From positions 76,181 to 140,180 of the IMG/VR virus record IMGVR_UViG_3300021133_000001: DNA of 64,000 nucleotides; one strand, 5' to 3'. The stretch is from a virus (Duplodnaviria > Caudoviricetes). Of the stretch, positions 9,775 to 20,595 are shown in pieces. Under the pieces are notes generated by a model. That model was not told where the DNA came from and did no database searches. It saw nothing but the letters and a program-made list of their open reading frames with translations. Both the position numbers and the translations under genes were made by a program. Every line of letters starts with the position of its first letter. Position 1 is the first letter of the stretch.

Positions 9775-11315
9775 TTTCCTGTATCTGTTACAATTGGTAC
9801 TACTGCTTCATTTACTAAAACTTTACCTAGAGTTGCTTCTTTAGTATTGTAGCTTATAATCTTGAAATTTTGATTGGTGTAAGCTACAAAATCTATAATA
9901 TATGAAGTAGTGTCTTGATTATACGAAATGAGAGGTGGTTCAATATAAGTTAATAACTCTTGATCTAGGTTAACCGAACTAATACCTCTATTATAAAAAA
10001 AATAGCTATAATCTGTATTGTTAGTAGGGAATATTCTTACTCGTTTACCAGGATGATTAATATCGTACTGATATAACACAGGAACTACTAAAGCAGAAGC
10101 AGAATTGGTAGTAGCAACGGCAGCTGATAACAATAAACAAGAAGTTATCTTTTTATTTGTTTCATCATACCAATTACCACCATAATACACAGCAGCTGTA
10201 TCGTTAATTTTAATACCAGTTAAAGAAGCACTTGAAAGTATACGAGTAGAAACGTTTTGATGATAATCTAACGTTAAAAAGTCTTGATTGGTTGTAATGA
10301 TTTGACCGGTTGTGTAGTCAAAGTTAATCTTCTCAAATATGGTGTAACCGCTTAACTCAAATACTAATGTATCAAAAAATACCTCAAAGTTTTTAATGTT
10401 ATTGGCAGATAACTGAGCATATATAGCATGTTCATTGATATGCTTGTTATATATTGCAGAAAGTATATCGGTAGCAGTATAAACTATACCATCAACTGTT
10501 TTTACCCATAACTCTCCATATGCATTTTGCATATTATAAATAGTGCGGTCTCCAGTAGGTAATTTATATAATGCATATTGATTACCATACACATCTGTTT
10601 GCCAGCTGTATAGCTCTTTATTAGAATTAATTAAAAGCTTACTAACACGAGTATCAATATCAAAATACCGTAACCAATCTTCTTCAGTAAATTTGTTTGT
10701 AGTTAACCAGATGTTTTTCTGATCTCCAGTCCAAAATTCGTAATCATTATGTACATCGGTAACACCATTACTGTCTAGTTTGGTTGTTTCAAAGTTAGAT
10801 TGGTAAGGAATGAATTTTTGATAAGTATCTGAACCGACTACTTGACCGTCAAAAGCAGTACCAGTATTAGAGGCTTTTAACCAACTTAAATTCTGCAAAT
10901 GAGTTATAATATTATCTTGATCATTTTCAGTTAAGCCTCTACCTTTGTTAAATTTGTTTGGATCTACATACCTATATGTATTACCAGGTGTAATTTCGTT
11001 AATGTTAATTAACGGTGTTAAATTTTTAGCTAAATAAGTAGAAACACCTAAATTATTAGGAGTAAAATAACCACCTAGCTCGGCTTTTGTCTTAATGTTG
11101 TTACCGCTTTGTGGTAATGTAGCAACTGTAGGATAGTATCTATTAGCTAAGTTGCTCCAAGGTGCAAGAGGTGTTATCTCAGCACCAATATATCCAGTAG
11201 TCGTACCAGATAGTACATATTCTTTATTACCTAAATACTTTTGAGATAATGTTACTAACTGAGCATCAATTTGCCCAGAAGTTGTGTTTACATCGACTTG
11301 TGTTGCAGATAGCAT
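9756..11315 (-). CDS. Hypothetical virion structural (baseplate-wedge-like) protein
   Basis: 519 aa, Asn/Thr/Tyr-rich, coupled to fibre genes; no recognised catalytic motif. Confidence 0.65.
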   Translation of the reverse strand: MLSATQVDVNTTSGQIDAQLVTLSQKYLGNKEYVLSGTTTGYIGAEITPLAPWSNLANRYYPTVATLPQSGNNIKTKAELGGYFTPNNLGVSTYLAKNLTPLININEITPGNTYRYVDPNKFNKGRGLTENDQDNIITHLQNLSWLKASNTGTAFDGQVVGSDTYQKFIPYQSNFETTKLDSNGVTDVHNDYEFWTGDQKNIWLTTNKFTEEDWLRYFDIDTRVSKLLINSNKELYSWQTDVYGNQYALYKLPTGDRTIYNMQNAYGELWVKTVDGIVYTATDILSAIYNKHINEHAIYAQLSANNIKNFEVFFDTLVFELSGYTIFEKINFDYTTGQIITTNQDFLTLDYHQNVSTRILSSASLTGIKINDTAAVYYGGNWYDETNKKITSCLLLSAAVATTNSASALVVPVLYQYDINHPGKRVRIFPTNNTDYSYFFYNRGISSVNLDQELLTYIEPPLISYNQDTTSYIIDFVAYTNQNFKIISYNTKEATLGKVLVNEAVVPIVTDTGNNIVAV

Positions 11316-11318
11316 TTA

Positions 11319-14300
11319 TTAACTTGCTGATAAGGATTGTTTTAGTGTATTTACTTCAGCTTTAAGCTCTTTCACGGCTTCAATTAATAATGCTGTTAAA
11401 CGAGTATAATCAATACCTACGCAAACTTCTCCTGCACTTGTAGCACTTGTTGATACTACTTGTGGTAGTACTAATTTTACATCTTCTGCAATAAGACCTA
11501 TATTATTAGTATCAGATACATCATATGAACTATCATACATTACACCTGATAGCTGTTCAGTAACTGTTAAAGCATTGCCTATTGTGGTTGTTAAAGGTCT
11601 AATATTGGTTTTGTATCTCTTAGATGAAGTAGTAGTATATGATACAGCAGTAACATCTCCGCTTGAAGCTAAAGTAATGTGTACACCCGCTCCTGACCCT
11701 GTACCAAAGTAAGCAGTGTTTGTGAATAGAGATATGTTGTTTTGAGTTAAACCACCAGCATTAGTAATACCAGCTGCACCTATATAAGCACCGTAACCGC
11801 TAACATTACCACTACCATCTATACCATAACCGGTAGAAGCAATACCTAAACCACCCGGGCTAGTATTAACACCAGCAAAGTTTACATATGAATTTGTGTT
11901 TAAGGTTTGGTTTGCAGTAATTCCTTGAGCACCGGTAGCGCCTTGTGCACCAGTAGAACCCTTACTACCTTGAGCACCAGAAGCTCCTTGAGCTCCAGTT
12001 GCACCTTGAGCTCCGGTAGCGCCTTGTGGTCCGGCACCCTGAGCACCCTGAGCACCTTGAGCACCCTGAGCACCTTGTGCGCCTGTAGCTCCTGTAGAGC
12101 CTTTTAATCCAGAATAGCCTGAATAACCTGAAGCACCTTGTGTGCCTGTAGCGCCTTGTACTCCGTTGACACCAGAATAGCCAGAATAACCAGAAGCACC
12201 TTGTGCTCCTGTAGCTCCTTGAGGCCCGGTACCTTGAGCTCCGGTCGCGCCTTGTGCACCCTGTGCACCTTGTAGACCTGTAAAACCTTGAGGTCCTACT
12301 GGACCGGAGTAACCAGAATAACCACTTGTACCTGTAGTACCTTGTGCACCTATAGCGCCTTGTGCTCCGTTAATACCTGAAAAACCCGATATACCACTAA
12401 AACCGCTTATACCAGTAAAGCCTGAAATACCAGTAAAACCAGAATAACCTGAAATACCGCTAAAGCCGCTAGTACCGCTGAAACCAGAATAACCAGAAAT
12501 ACCACTGAAACCAGAAAAACTTGAATAACCACTATATCCTGATATACCAGATGTTCCAGATATACCGCTAAAACCACTTATACCGGTATAACCTGAATAA
12601 CCAGAATTACCTTGTGCGCCTGTAGCTCCTTGTACTCCGTTAATACCTGAATAACCAGAAACACCTGAAGCTCCTTGCGCGCCTTGCGGTCCAGTACCTT
12701 GAGCGCCAGTAGCGCCTTGTGCACCTACAGGCCCACTGTAACCACTATAACCAGAAGTACTATTACCACTAAAACCAGAATAACCAGAACTGCCTTGAGC
12801 GCCTTGTGGGCTACCTGCAGCACCTTGTGGTCCTTGATTACCTACAAAACCTTGAGGTCCTTGAGGGCCGGAAAAACCAGAATAACCAGAAATACCTGAA
12901 GTTCCTTGTGCGCCAGTAGCGCCTTGAGCACCTTGTACGCCCATAATACCTACACTACCTTGAGTACCCTGTACACCTTGAGCGCCTACTGCACCGGAAA
13001 AACCAGAATAACCAGAAGTACCAGCATTACCTTGCGCACCTACAGAACCGACCGAACCTTGTGCACCTGTTGCTCCTTGAGTTCCCTGTGGACCAGTAGC
13101 TCCTGTTGAACCTTGTCCGCCAGTAGCACCTTGAGCTCCTTGAGCACCTTGTGCGCCAATAAAACCTTGTACACCAGACAATCCTGAGTAACCCGAGTAA
13201 CCAGATGTACCGGAAGCACCTTGAGCACCCTGTGAACCTTGATTACCTTGAGCTCCTGTAGAGCCGTTTATACCTGAATAACCAGAAGGACCGACAACAC
13301 CTTGTGCACCTTGAGCTCCTGTAGAGCCTTTAGCACCAGAGTAGCCAGAAACCCCTGAACCACTAAAACCAGAAATACCGGTATAACCAGAAATACCTGA
13401 AAAACCACTATAGCCTGAAATACCACTAAGACCTTGTGCGCCGATTTGGCCACTAATACCGCTAAACCCGGAAATACCGGAAGTACCACTATAGCCAGAT
13501 ATACCACTAAACCCACTTATACCGCTAAAGCCTGATTGACCGCTAGCTCCAACAGCACCACTAAAACCCGATGTACCGCTAAAGCCTGATTGACCGGAAT
13601 AACCTGAAAAACCAGATAAACCTAAACCACTAAAGCCTGATACACCGCTAAAACCCGATGTACCGCTAAAGCCTGAAAAACTTGAATAACCTGAATAGCC
13701 AGAACCACCTATACCACTAAAGCCTGAAAAGCCAGAAGCACCGGAAACACCTTGACCGATAGGTGTACGTATTACTGTATATACTGAGCTACCATTATAT
13801 TGATAGGAAGCTGAAACAGGCGTGGAACTTGATGTATATGCTGCAATCTGTAACAAGATACGATCAGTAGCAGATAAAATAGTTACATTATTTGATACAG
13901 CCCCTACTTTTTGAAATGTTGATACTGTATCTGTTACTACACCAGAATCTGCACTTAAGATAAATGCACTTGTGGCACTAGTTGCCATTGAATATGTATA
14001 GACACTGAATACAAAATTAACTGGGCCACCTAGAGCGTAACGGTAAAATTCAATATCCCATAATCCAGCTGGTATTTCTACTACACCAGGCTCTCCAGGA
14101 GGTGTTAAATACCAACCAAATGCACTAATACCGTTTGTATTAGTAATTACAACTTGGTCATCATTTACAGTTGTACCGCCGCCACCTGGCTGTAAAGCCA
14201 TTACTTCAAACACTGCAGGGTTTTGGTCACTCGTTACTTCTTCTAAAAAGTATGTTCTACCATATAAAGAACCACCTGCAGGACCAGAAACACCAGACCA

Positions 14301-14939
14301 ACCACTAATACCTGAAAAACCAGAAGCACCTGAAAAACCAGAAGTACCATTTATACCAGAAAAACCAGAAGTACCGGTGTAACCAGACACCCCACTAAAA
14401 CCAGACCAACCACTTGTACCACTATAACCTGATTGCCCGGTGTAACCGCTTATACCAGAAAAGCCTGATATACCAGAAAAGCCTGATTGACCGCTATAAC
14501 CTGTAAAACCACTTGCACCACTAAAGCCAGAAGTACCGCTAAAACCGGAAACACCTGTATAACCACTTATACCACTGTAACCGCTAAAACCAGAGCTACC
14601 TTGAGCTCCTTGTGTGCCTTGAGCACCTTGTGGACCGGTAGCACCCTGCGGACCAGTACCTTGAGCACCAGTTGCACCTTGAGCTCCCTGTGCACCATTA
14701 ATACCATTTGTGCCATTAGTACCGTTTTGACCGGAGTAACCTGATAACCCAATACCTTGTGCACCTTGTGAGCCAGTTAAACCACTGTAACCTGATTGAC
14801 CACTATAACCTGAAGTACCGCCAGGAGCGCCTTGCACGCCTGGAAAACCAGAAGCACCAGAAGCACCAGAATAACCGGAAAAACCTGAAGCTGCTGCAAC
14901 AGGTACCATCTCAAGATTTGTTATTGTTGTTAGTGCCAT
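11319..14939 (-). CDS. Collagen-like (Gly-X-Y) fibre protein with internal globular domain and C-terminal S74 chaperone
   Basis: Alternating GAQ/GAT/GPQ and GFS/GIS/GYS tracts; C-terminus [12 protein letters not shown]...IGLIAEDV...[17 protein letters not shown]. Confidence 0.9.
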   Translation of the reverse strand: MALTTITNLEMVPVAAASGFSGYSGASGASGFPGVQGAPGGTSGYSGQSGYSGLTGSQGAQGIGLSGYSGQNGTNGTNGINGAQGAQGATGAQGTGPQGATGPQGAQGTQGAQGSSGFSGYSGISGYTGVSGFSGTSGFSGASGFTGYSGQSGFSGISGFSGISGYTGQSGYSGTSGWSGFSGVSGYTGTSGFSGINGTSGFSGASGFSGISGWSGVSGPAGGSLYGRTYFLEEVTSDQNPAVFEVMALQPGGGGTTVNDDQVVITNTNGISAFGWYLTPPGEPGVVEIPAGLWDIEFYRYALGGPVNFVFSVYTYSMATSATSAFILSADSGVVTDTVSTFQKVGAVSNNVTILSATDRILLQIAAYTSSSTPVSASYQYNGSSVYTVIRTPIGQGVSGASGFSGFSGIGGSGYSGYSSFSGFSGTSGFSGVSGFSGLGLSGFSGYSGQSGFSGTSGFSGAVGASGQSGFSGISGFSGISGYSGTSGISGFSGISGQIGAQGLSGISGYSGFSGISGYTGISGFSGSGVSGYSGAKGSTGAQGAQGVVGPSGYSGINGSTGAQGNQGSQGAQGASGTSGYSGYSGLSGVQGFIGAQGAQGAQGATGGQGSTGATGPQGTQGATGAQGSVGSVGAQGNAGTSGYSGFSGAVGAQGVQGTQGSVGIMGVQGAQGATGAQGTSGISGYSGFSGPQGPQGFVGNQGPQGAAGSPQGAQGSSGYSGFSGNSTSGYSGYSGPVGAQGATGAQGTGPQGAQGASGVSGYSGINGVQGATGAQGNSGYSGYTGISGFSGISGTSGISGYSGYSSFSGFSGISGYSGFSGTSGFSGISGYSGFTGISGFTGISGFSGISGFSGINGAQGAIGAQGTTGTSGYSGYSGPVGPQGFTGLQGAQGAQGATGAQGTGPQGATGAQGASGYSGYSGVNGVQGATGTQGASGYSGYSGLKGSTGATGAQGAQGAQGAQGAQGAGPQGATGAQGATGAQGASGAQGSKGSTGAQGATGAQGITANQTLNTNSYVNFAGVNTSPGGLGIASTGYGIDGSGNVSGYGAYIGAAGITNAGGLTQNNISLFTNTAYFGTGSGAGVHITLASSGDVTAVSYTTTSSKRYKTNIRPLTTTIGNALTVTEQLSGVMYDSSYDVSDTNNIGLIAEDVKLVLPQVVSTSATSAGEVCVGIDYTRLTALLIEAVKELKAEVNTLKQSLSAS

Positions 14940-14940
14940 A

Positions 14941-15969
14941 TTATGTGAGAGGTGCTACAATAACTATTTCTGAATTAGTAGGAGGAACTCCTGTAAAGGT
15001 TACGTTATGATTTGGTACACTAATAGTATACGCCATACCAGGTGTTTGCAATAACCCGTCAATGGTAACTCTATATTGAGAGGCATCAGTATTAGTAATA
15101 CTGTTCAAAGGGAACGAGGTACTTTGACCATCACCGGAATAGACGTAAACATTGCTCATTGTTGATGTAGTATTATTACTTACAGTTGTACCTACAAAGC
15201 CGGATACGCCATAGCAAGGATTTAAAGTATTAGCAGCTTGTAGTGCTTGGATAATTAAATTTAAAATATACTCTGAAGGAATATCATATATCGAGGTTTC
15301 ATAATCACTTGCACTTAAACCAGCCCCAAACGTAGTATACTGAGATATATCCACTCTAGGATCTCTATCAAAGTAATTTGCTGTATCGTAAAGTTCTTCA
15401 ATTTCTACACTAAAAGAATCCGTTATATCATTTAAATTTGGCAAATACTGTAATAGATCACCATTTGTAATAATGATTTTGTCTGGATCCGGTTTAATGG
15501 TAAAAACATTTAATATATAAGTGTAAAACAAACTAGTGAGATATTCACTAGTACCAATTAAGTTATATTTTAACTTGGAATAAACAATACTATTACGTTG
15601 TTCTGCTAGGTAGCGTGATACATCTTTTAACTTACGTGCATAATAAACAATAGCTGTTTGTAAGTCTAAATCGTTTGTATAGTTAACAGTACTAAAAAAA
15701 CGCTGCTCTTCTGGATTACGTGTTGATAAACCTAGTTGCTGTAAAAAGTTTATATAAAGATTTTTTACATATAACAACTGACCAGCTGGTGTGTTTGCAC
15801 GGTTTTTATACCAGTTCTGCAAGTATGTATTATATTGAGCAACCTGAGTCTTACTATCAATATTACTATTATTTTGTAACCATTGTTGATACGAATACGG
15901 ATTTCCTGTATCGGTTTCGGTAGTTAATCCGGTGGGTTTTGCAAGGGACTGTATGTTAATAACAGGCAT
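14941..15969 (-). CDS. Virion structural protein: helical N-terminal region plus small C-terminal beta-sandwich common in phage tail/fibre proteins
   Basis: C-terminal [12 protein letters not shown]...[16 protein letters not shown]...[13 protein letters not shown] motif; TAAGTA 6 nt upstream. Confidence 0.7.
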   Translation of the reverse strand: MPVINIQSLAKPTGLTTETDTGNPYSYQQWLQNNSNIDSKTQVAQYNTYLQNWYKNRANTPAGQLLYVKNLYINFLQQLGLSTRNPEEQRFFSTVNYTNDLDLQTAIVYYARKLKDVSRYLAEQRNSIVYSKLKYNLIGTSEYLTSLFYTYILNVFTIKPDPDKIIITNGDLLQYLPNLNDITDSFSVEIEELYDTANYFDRDPRVDISQYTTFGAGLSASDYETSIYDIPSEYILNLIIQALQAANTLNPCYGVSGFVGTTVSNNTTSTMSNVYVYSGDGQSTSFPLNSITNTDASQYRVTIDGLLQTPGMAYTISVPNHNVTFTGVPPTNSEIVIVAPLT

Positions 15970-15997
15970 TATTAATACTTACAGTCAGAGTGGTGTT

Positions 15998-16231
15998 TTA
16001 CCATTTTGAGGCGGGGCATTTTGACCCCTCTAACCTCACCTTTAAATTCATGTAGCAACCACAAAGACTACATCTACTATTTTCTCCTAAATTAGGACAA
16101 GCTGAACATACTTCTATACGGGCGGTTTGCTTGGCTTCATTCGCAAGTATAGCGCCTTGCTGTTTATACACTTTTACAGTGTTTATTAACGTCTCGGTTA
16201 AGTTGAATACGCTTGTTTTAAGTGTAGCCAC
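15998..16231 (-). CDS. Small Cys-rich putative metal-binding protein (DUF6171-like)
   Basis: RxxxCxxC...CxxCGC...K......CPxxKW pattern. Confidence 0.75.
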   Translation of the reverse strand: MATLKTSVFNLTETLINTVKVYKQQGAILANEAKQTARIEVCSACPNLGENSRCSLCGCYMNLKVRLEGSKCPASKW

Positions 16232-16247
16232 ACTTTAATTTACCTTA

Positions 16248-17168
16248 TTATGGTAATTTTGCACTAAGCTGATCAACCTTGGTTGAAAGAGTCTTAACTG
16301 CTTCAATTAAGAGAGCTGTTAAACGACCGTAATCAATACCAACACAAGAACCGTCATCATTAGTTAAAACTACTGCAGGTACTAATGGGAGTACGTCTTC
16401 AGCAATAAGACCAATTTCGTTAGTTGCTGTTAAGTCGATAAGACTATCATAAGCAACTGCACTTAATGCTTTGGTTGTTGCAAGAGGATCGCTAACAACA
16501 GCTGTAATTGGTCTAATGTTTGTTTTACCTGTACGAGAAGATGTTGAAGTAAACGAAAGAGCTGTAATACCAAGCGAGGTAGAAATTGCACTACCGTTAT
16601 CAGTAATAGAACTGTTTGTTAATGTAGTTGCACCAGAAAATTTAGCAACTAAATTTGATGTACCACCAGGGCTTACACCAGTAGCACCTTGCGCGCCTTG
16701 AGCACCAGTTGCACCCTGCGCACCTGTTGAACCAGTAGCACCTTGAGCGCCTGTTGCACCTTGAGCGCCAGTTGAACCAGTAGCACCTTGAGCACCGTTA
16801 GAACCATTTGTACCTGAGGCTCCTTGTGCGCCTTGAGCACCGGTTGCACCTGTAGAACCTTTTAAGCCAGAATAACCAGAAGCGCCTTGTGCGCCGGTAG
16901 AACCTGTAGCACCTTGTGAACCAGTAGCTCCTTGATTGCCTTGAAAACCTTGTGCACCTTGAGCGCCGTTAGCTCCAGAAAAACCAGAAATACCTTGTGC
17001 GCCTTGCGCGCCTGTAGCGCCTGTAGCGCCTTGAGCACCAGTAGAACCCTTACTACCTTGAGCACCGTTTGTGCCGTTTAAGCCTGTAGCGCCTTGAGCA
17101 CCTTGTGCTCCTTGTGCGCCTGCGCCTGAATATCCTGAGTATGCGTTTGCTGGATTAAAGTATGCCAT
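16248..17168 (-). CDS. Short collagen-like fibre with C-terminal S74 chaperone
   Basis: About 50 GAQ/GAT/GST triplets; [12 protein letters not shown]...IGLIAEDV...[15 protein letters not shown]. Confidence 0.9.
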   Translation of the reverse strand: MAYFNPANAYSGYSGAGAQGAQGAQGATGLNGTNGAQGSKGSTGAQGATGATGAQGAQGISGFSGANGAQGAQGFQGNQGATGSQGATGSTGAQGASGYSGLKGSTGATGAQGAQGASGTNGSNGAQGATGSTGAQGATGAQGATGSTGAQGATGAQGAQGATGVSPGGTSNLVAKFSGATTLTNSSITDNGSAISTSLGITALSFTSTSSRTGKTNIRPITAVVSDPLATTKALSAVAYDSLIDLTATNEIGLIAEDVLPLVPAVVLTNDDGSCVGIDYGRLTALLIEAVKTLSTKVDQLSAKLP

Positions 17169-17226
17169 AATAGTATTGGTTACATATTATTTAGTAAACC
17201 TAATACTATTTTAACTTATTATTTTA

Positions 17227-17880
17227 CTATATAGTTTGCCTTAAACGCTGCATTGGATATACAGGTACATCTAGTCTGCTTATAAAGAATACTAAAGTTA
17301 ATCTTTCAGTTGTATCTTCCCCTACATATTCATTAGCTGTATGATATAAATGGGAGTCAAATGAAAGCAGTCTATTAAATTTATTTTTAATAATAATAGA
17401 ATCAGTAAATTGATTGTTATTTTGCTGTCTAAGAGTATTGATATCCCCTTTATAATTCTTAGGGTCTGCAATAAATTTACGCTTTTCTTCTCCGTTAATT
17501 AATTGTGTACCAGGTACTTTAGGTTCACATATAGAAGTACCTGAATTTTCATCTCCATCCGGGTTAAGATACACAATACCTGTTATAATATCATTATCTT
17601 TATGTACCCAACCAGATTTAAAATCCTTGTTTACTTTTTGAAAATATGCTTTAGCAAAGTAATTTTTTATATCCGCAATAGGGTAATATATAGAAAGAAA
17701 CTTAAAAATAGTATAATAATGTAAATTTGCGTTAATATTTATTAATAAATCCGATCTGGTTCCAGGCCACATTTTGTTGGGGTCTGGCGAAAAGTTTTGT
17801 ACTAATGCAAACTCTCTTACTTTGTAAGGATCTTCAAAGAATCCGTCTATAACTGAAGTAGGAATAATATAATTTTGCAT
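17227..17880 (-). CDS. 2OG-Fe(II) oxygenase (DUF6445-like)
   Basis: VIDGFFEDPYKVREFAL, WPGTRS, GWVHKD (HxD), GIVYLNP, SGT, NKFNRLLSFD..LYH (distal His). Confidence 0.85.
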   Translation of the reverse strand: MQNYIIPTSVIDGFFEDPYKVREFALVQNFSPDPNKMWPGTRSDLLININANLHYYTIFKFLSIYYPIADIKNYFAKAYFQKVNKDFKSGWVHKDNDIITGIVYLNPDGDENSGTSICEPKVPGTQLINGEEKRKFIADPKNYKGDINTLRQQNNNQFTDSIIIKNKFNRLLSFDSHLYHTANEYVGEDTTERLTLVFFISRLDVPVYPMQRLRQTI

Positions 17881-17897
17881 AGTTCTATGATAAGTTA

Positions 17898-19274
17898 TTA
17901 TTTTGAATAGTCAATACCGTATAGGTCTAATTCTTGTCGAGCTAATTCTGGTGTAATTTTATCTATACCTGCAAGTATCCAATTATAGAGAGATGCCCCT
18001 ACACTGCCATAATAGTAATCATATTGCAATCCACCAGGTACTGTATGTTTACATCTTTCTAATAGATCAGCCACAAAAGGTGTTATAGTTTTGCCTGATT
18101 TTATATAACGCCAAAACTCGGAATCATCTCTACCGCCTTGATAGTGTAGTACTAAGAAATCTAGTACATCATCATATAATTTACACATTTTTTTATTATA
18201 ATATTTTCTGTTAACGTCAATTAATGTACTCGTCGCGTCCGGTCTTAAATATTCCATAAACGTTAATAATTGTACTATTGTGGTGTGAATAGAAGTAGCC
18301 TCTAAAGGCTCAGCAAATGCTGCAGCTAGACCTAACACTAAGCAGTTACTTTCCCACAAAGTTTCGCACCTACCGCTATCAAAGCTTATATGTCTTATAG
18401 GCTCTATTTTTCTACCCAATGCAGTTTCGACCTCTTGCTGTGCTTGATCAGGTGTAATGCAGTTTGATTGATAAACATACCCGCAGCCTATTCTTTCTGT
18501 GGTAGGTATTTGCCACATCCACCCCGAACTTAATGCATGTGCTATGGTTACCGGTCTTGGGCGGTTATCTTCATCTATAGGTAATAAAAATGGCATTGCT
18601 CGGTCAACAGGCAAATGAGAAGCATATGTTTTCCATTTAACTTCTAGAGCATTCATTAGTACTCTCTTAAAACCGGTACAGTCCACGAAAAGATCTCCTT
18701 CAAGTTCTTGGCCGTTGTTTAAACGTATTTTTGTTATTACGTTCTTTTCGTTAATCCCCACATCATTAACAACAGCATCAATTACTGTAATATCGTCTTT
18801 AAGTACTTTTTTAAAATGTGCACCTATTTTAAATGCATTAAAATGATACGCAGAAATAAGAGATATATTACCTTCAGAGTAAATTTTACCAAATTCTGAG
18901 GCTTTATGCATACCTTCTTTGCCTTCTTTAATAAAAGATTTTAAGAAATGTATATCAGGGCTTGATGTGCCGGTTCTCGTGCCGTCAAGCGGTGCAAAGT
19001 AACTATCTCCAGCTGGTGTCCAGTTTTTATGTAATATACCTAGTTTAACTGTCCCGTCAACGTCGTTTAAAAAGTTAGATATAGTAGTACCAGTTTTAAA
19101 CCAGTGATTTGATAGTACGTTTACCAGCATTCCAGTTGAGCCTTCTCCAGCACCAATAATACTAATTTGACTAGACTCAACAACAGTGACTTTGTGCTTA
19201 CCTAATTGTGCTTTAGTAAAAAATAAAGCAGCAAGCCACCCAGCTGTACCACCACCCACTATTACTATGTTCAT
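17898..19274 (-). CDS. Flavin-dependent (tryptophan-halogenase family) halogenase
   Basis: IVIVGGGTAGWLAA (GxGxxG), IIGAGEGS, VKLGI (candidate catalytic Lys), DLFVDCTGF, GWMWQIP (WxWxIP), FAEPLEATSI. Confidence 0.92.
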   Translation of the reverse strand: MNIVIVGGGTAGWLAALFFTKAQLGKHKVTVVESSQISIIGAGEGSTGMLVNVLSNHWFKTGTTISNFLNDVDGTVKLGILHKNWTPAGDSYFAPLDGTRTGTSSPDIHFLKSFIKEGKEGMHKASEFGKIYSEGNISLISAYHFNAFKIGAHFKKVLKDDITVIDAVVNDVGINEKNVITKIRLNNGQELEGDLFVDCTGFKRVLMNALEVKWKTYASHLPVDRAMPFLLPIDEDNRPRPVTIAHALSSGWMWQIPTTERIGCGYVYQSNCITPDQAQQEVETALGRKIEPIRHISFDSGRCETLWESNCLVLGLAAAFAEPLEATSIHTTIVQLLTFMEYLRPDATSTLIDVNRKYYNKKMCKLYDDVLDFLVLHYQGGRDDSEFWRYIKSGKTITPFVADLLERCKHTVPGGLQYDYYYGSVGASLYNWILAGIDKITPELARQELDLYGIDYSK

Positions 19275-19311
19275 AACTATATTTTAATATAGTTTTTTAT
19301 TTTTTCCAGCT

Positions 19312-19578
19312 TTAAGCTTTAGCTGACAAATTATACGACCAAATAATTCGATTTTTAATATAATTTATTTGGCCTATGTAATCTATAACTTCTGTGGGTA
19401 GATCGACTACGTTATCTGGCATAGCTACTAAACCAGTAGCCTCGTAAGCTGAAAGTGGCATGTTACCTGATGATAAGCTTATTGAATCGGTGTACAGTTG
19501 CATCGCAAACGCAGATAACAACGGTACATTGTAATAATCTTGTATATGATTTACGTATGAGTTTGGTATATTGGCCAT
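19312..19578 (-). CDS. Small hypothetical protein
   Basis: 88 aa ORF starting 4 nt after the upstream adhesin gene. Confidence 0.6.
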   Translation of the reverse strand: MANIPNSYVNHIQDYYNVPLLSAFAMQLYTDSISLSSGNMPLSAYEATGLVAMPDNVVDLPTEVIDYIGQINYIKNRIIWSYNLSAKA

Positions 19579-19582
19579 ATTA

Positions 19583-20584
19583 TTACCTTACATAAAGTTC
19601 TACTCTTGCTGATCTGTTTATACCGGTTTGATTTTGACAGCAAGCAACATAGTCTCCAGCTGAATAATTACCGAAATTACCTGCCATTCCTAAACCACCA
19701 GAAACGTCGTCAGAACCAGCAGCTCCACTATTAAACAATGTAGAAGGGTCACTATATTGCCCTTCACCGTTTTCATTCCAACCAAACCCCCAACGCACCG
19801 CTGCCCCACCACCGTAACCCCAGTCCCCTGCATTAATAAAGTTATATCCGTAAAAGTTGATATCGTTTTGAGATGAAAAGATACCAGTTTGAAAACCATT
19901 AAAACCGGATGCCCCACCTAGAAAGTCACCACCTGCACTACCAGAACCGTCATCTTGATACGTACCAGCATTGCTAAAAAAGTTTAAAAGAGTTGTTGTG
20001 CTACTAACATTAGGGCTGTCTCCTTGACCTGCAAAATTATTTTGCAGCCAAGACCAGCAACCATACGGATTACTACCTAAACCACCACCATTAGTACCAA
20101 TATCAGGCCACAACGCCATCATATCTGTAACGTTAGCATAATTAAAGACCTGAAACTTTGCATCTCCGTCATTACGGTTAGTTGCGCTCGTGTTTAAAGT
20201 ATTATTGCCTGTCCAGTAACCAGAATTATAATTAAAAGTAGTACCACGAGTTGCTTTTAACGCCATCATCCATCCACCACCGTTTGCGCCAGAGTTTAAT
20301 AAACAGTACACCGGGGTTGAACCTACACTAGGTAAATTAATATAATACACTCCGTCAGTACGATACCCGGCATTGTATAATGCTTTAGCTGAAGAAGCAG
20401 GGTTTCCAGCTGTACCTAATGTATTAGTTTTACCGTAAAAGTTATTTAATGCTATTTGTCCAGAAGCTATACCCGCTAAATTACGAGCAGTAGAATCATT
20501 AAGTGTAAGAGCTGTAGTAGCTGTACTACCAAGCTCCACATCTATATTACTCATTGATATAGTACCTGATGATTGTAACGTCAT
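19583..20584 (-). CDS. Putative fibre-tip adhesin with fibrinogen-like (YCxxxxxGGGW) domain
   Basis: N-terminal MTLQSSGTISMSNIDVELG...GQIALNNFYGK attachment-type motif; DGVYYI...VYCLLNSGANGGGWMM; Gly/Trp-rich C-terminus. Confidence 0.75.
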   Translation of the reverse strand: MTLQSSGTISMSNIDVELGSTATTALTLNDSTARNLAGIASGQIALNNFYGKTNTLGTAGNPASSAKALYNAGYRTDGVYYINLPSVGSTPVYCLLNSGANGGGWMMALKATRGTTFNYNSGYWTGNNTLNTSATNRNDGDAKFQVFNYANVTDMMALWPDIGTNGGGLGSNPYGCWSWLQNNFAGQGDSPNVSSTTTLLNFFSNAGTYQDDGSGSAGGDFLGGASGFNGFQTGIFSSQNDINFYGYNFINAGDWGYGGGAAVRWGFGWNENGEGQYSDPSTLFNSGAAGSDDVSGGLGMAGNFGNYSAGDYVACCQNQTGINRSARVELYVR

Positions 20585-20595
20585 TTATTATATAT

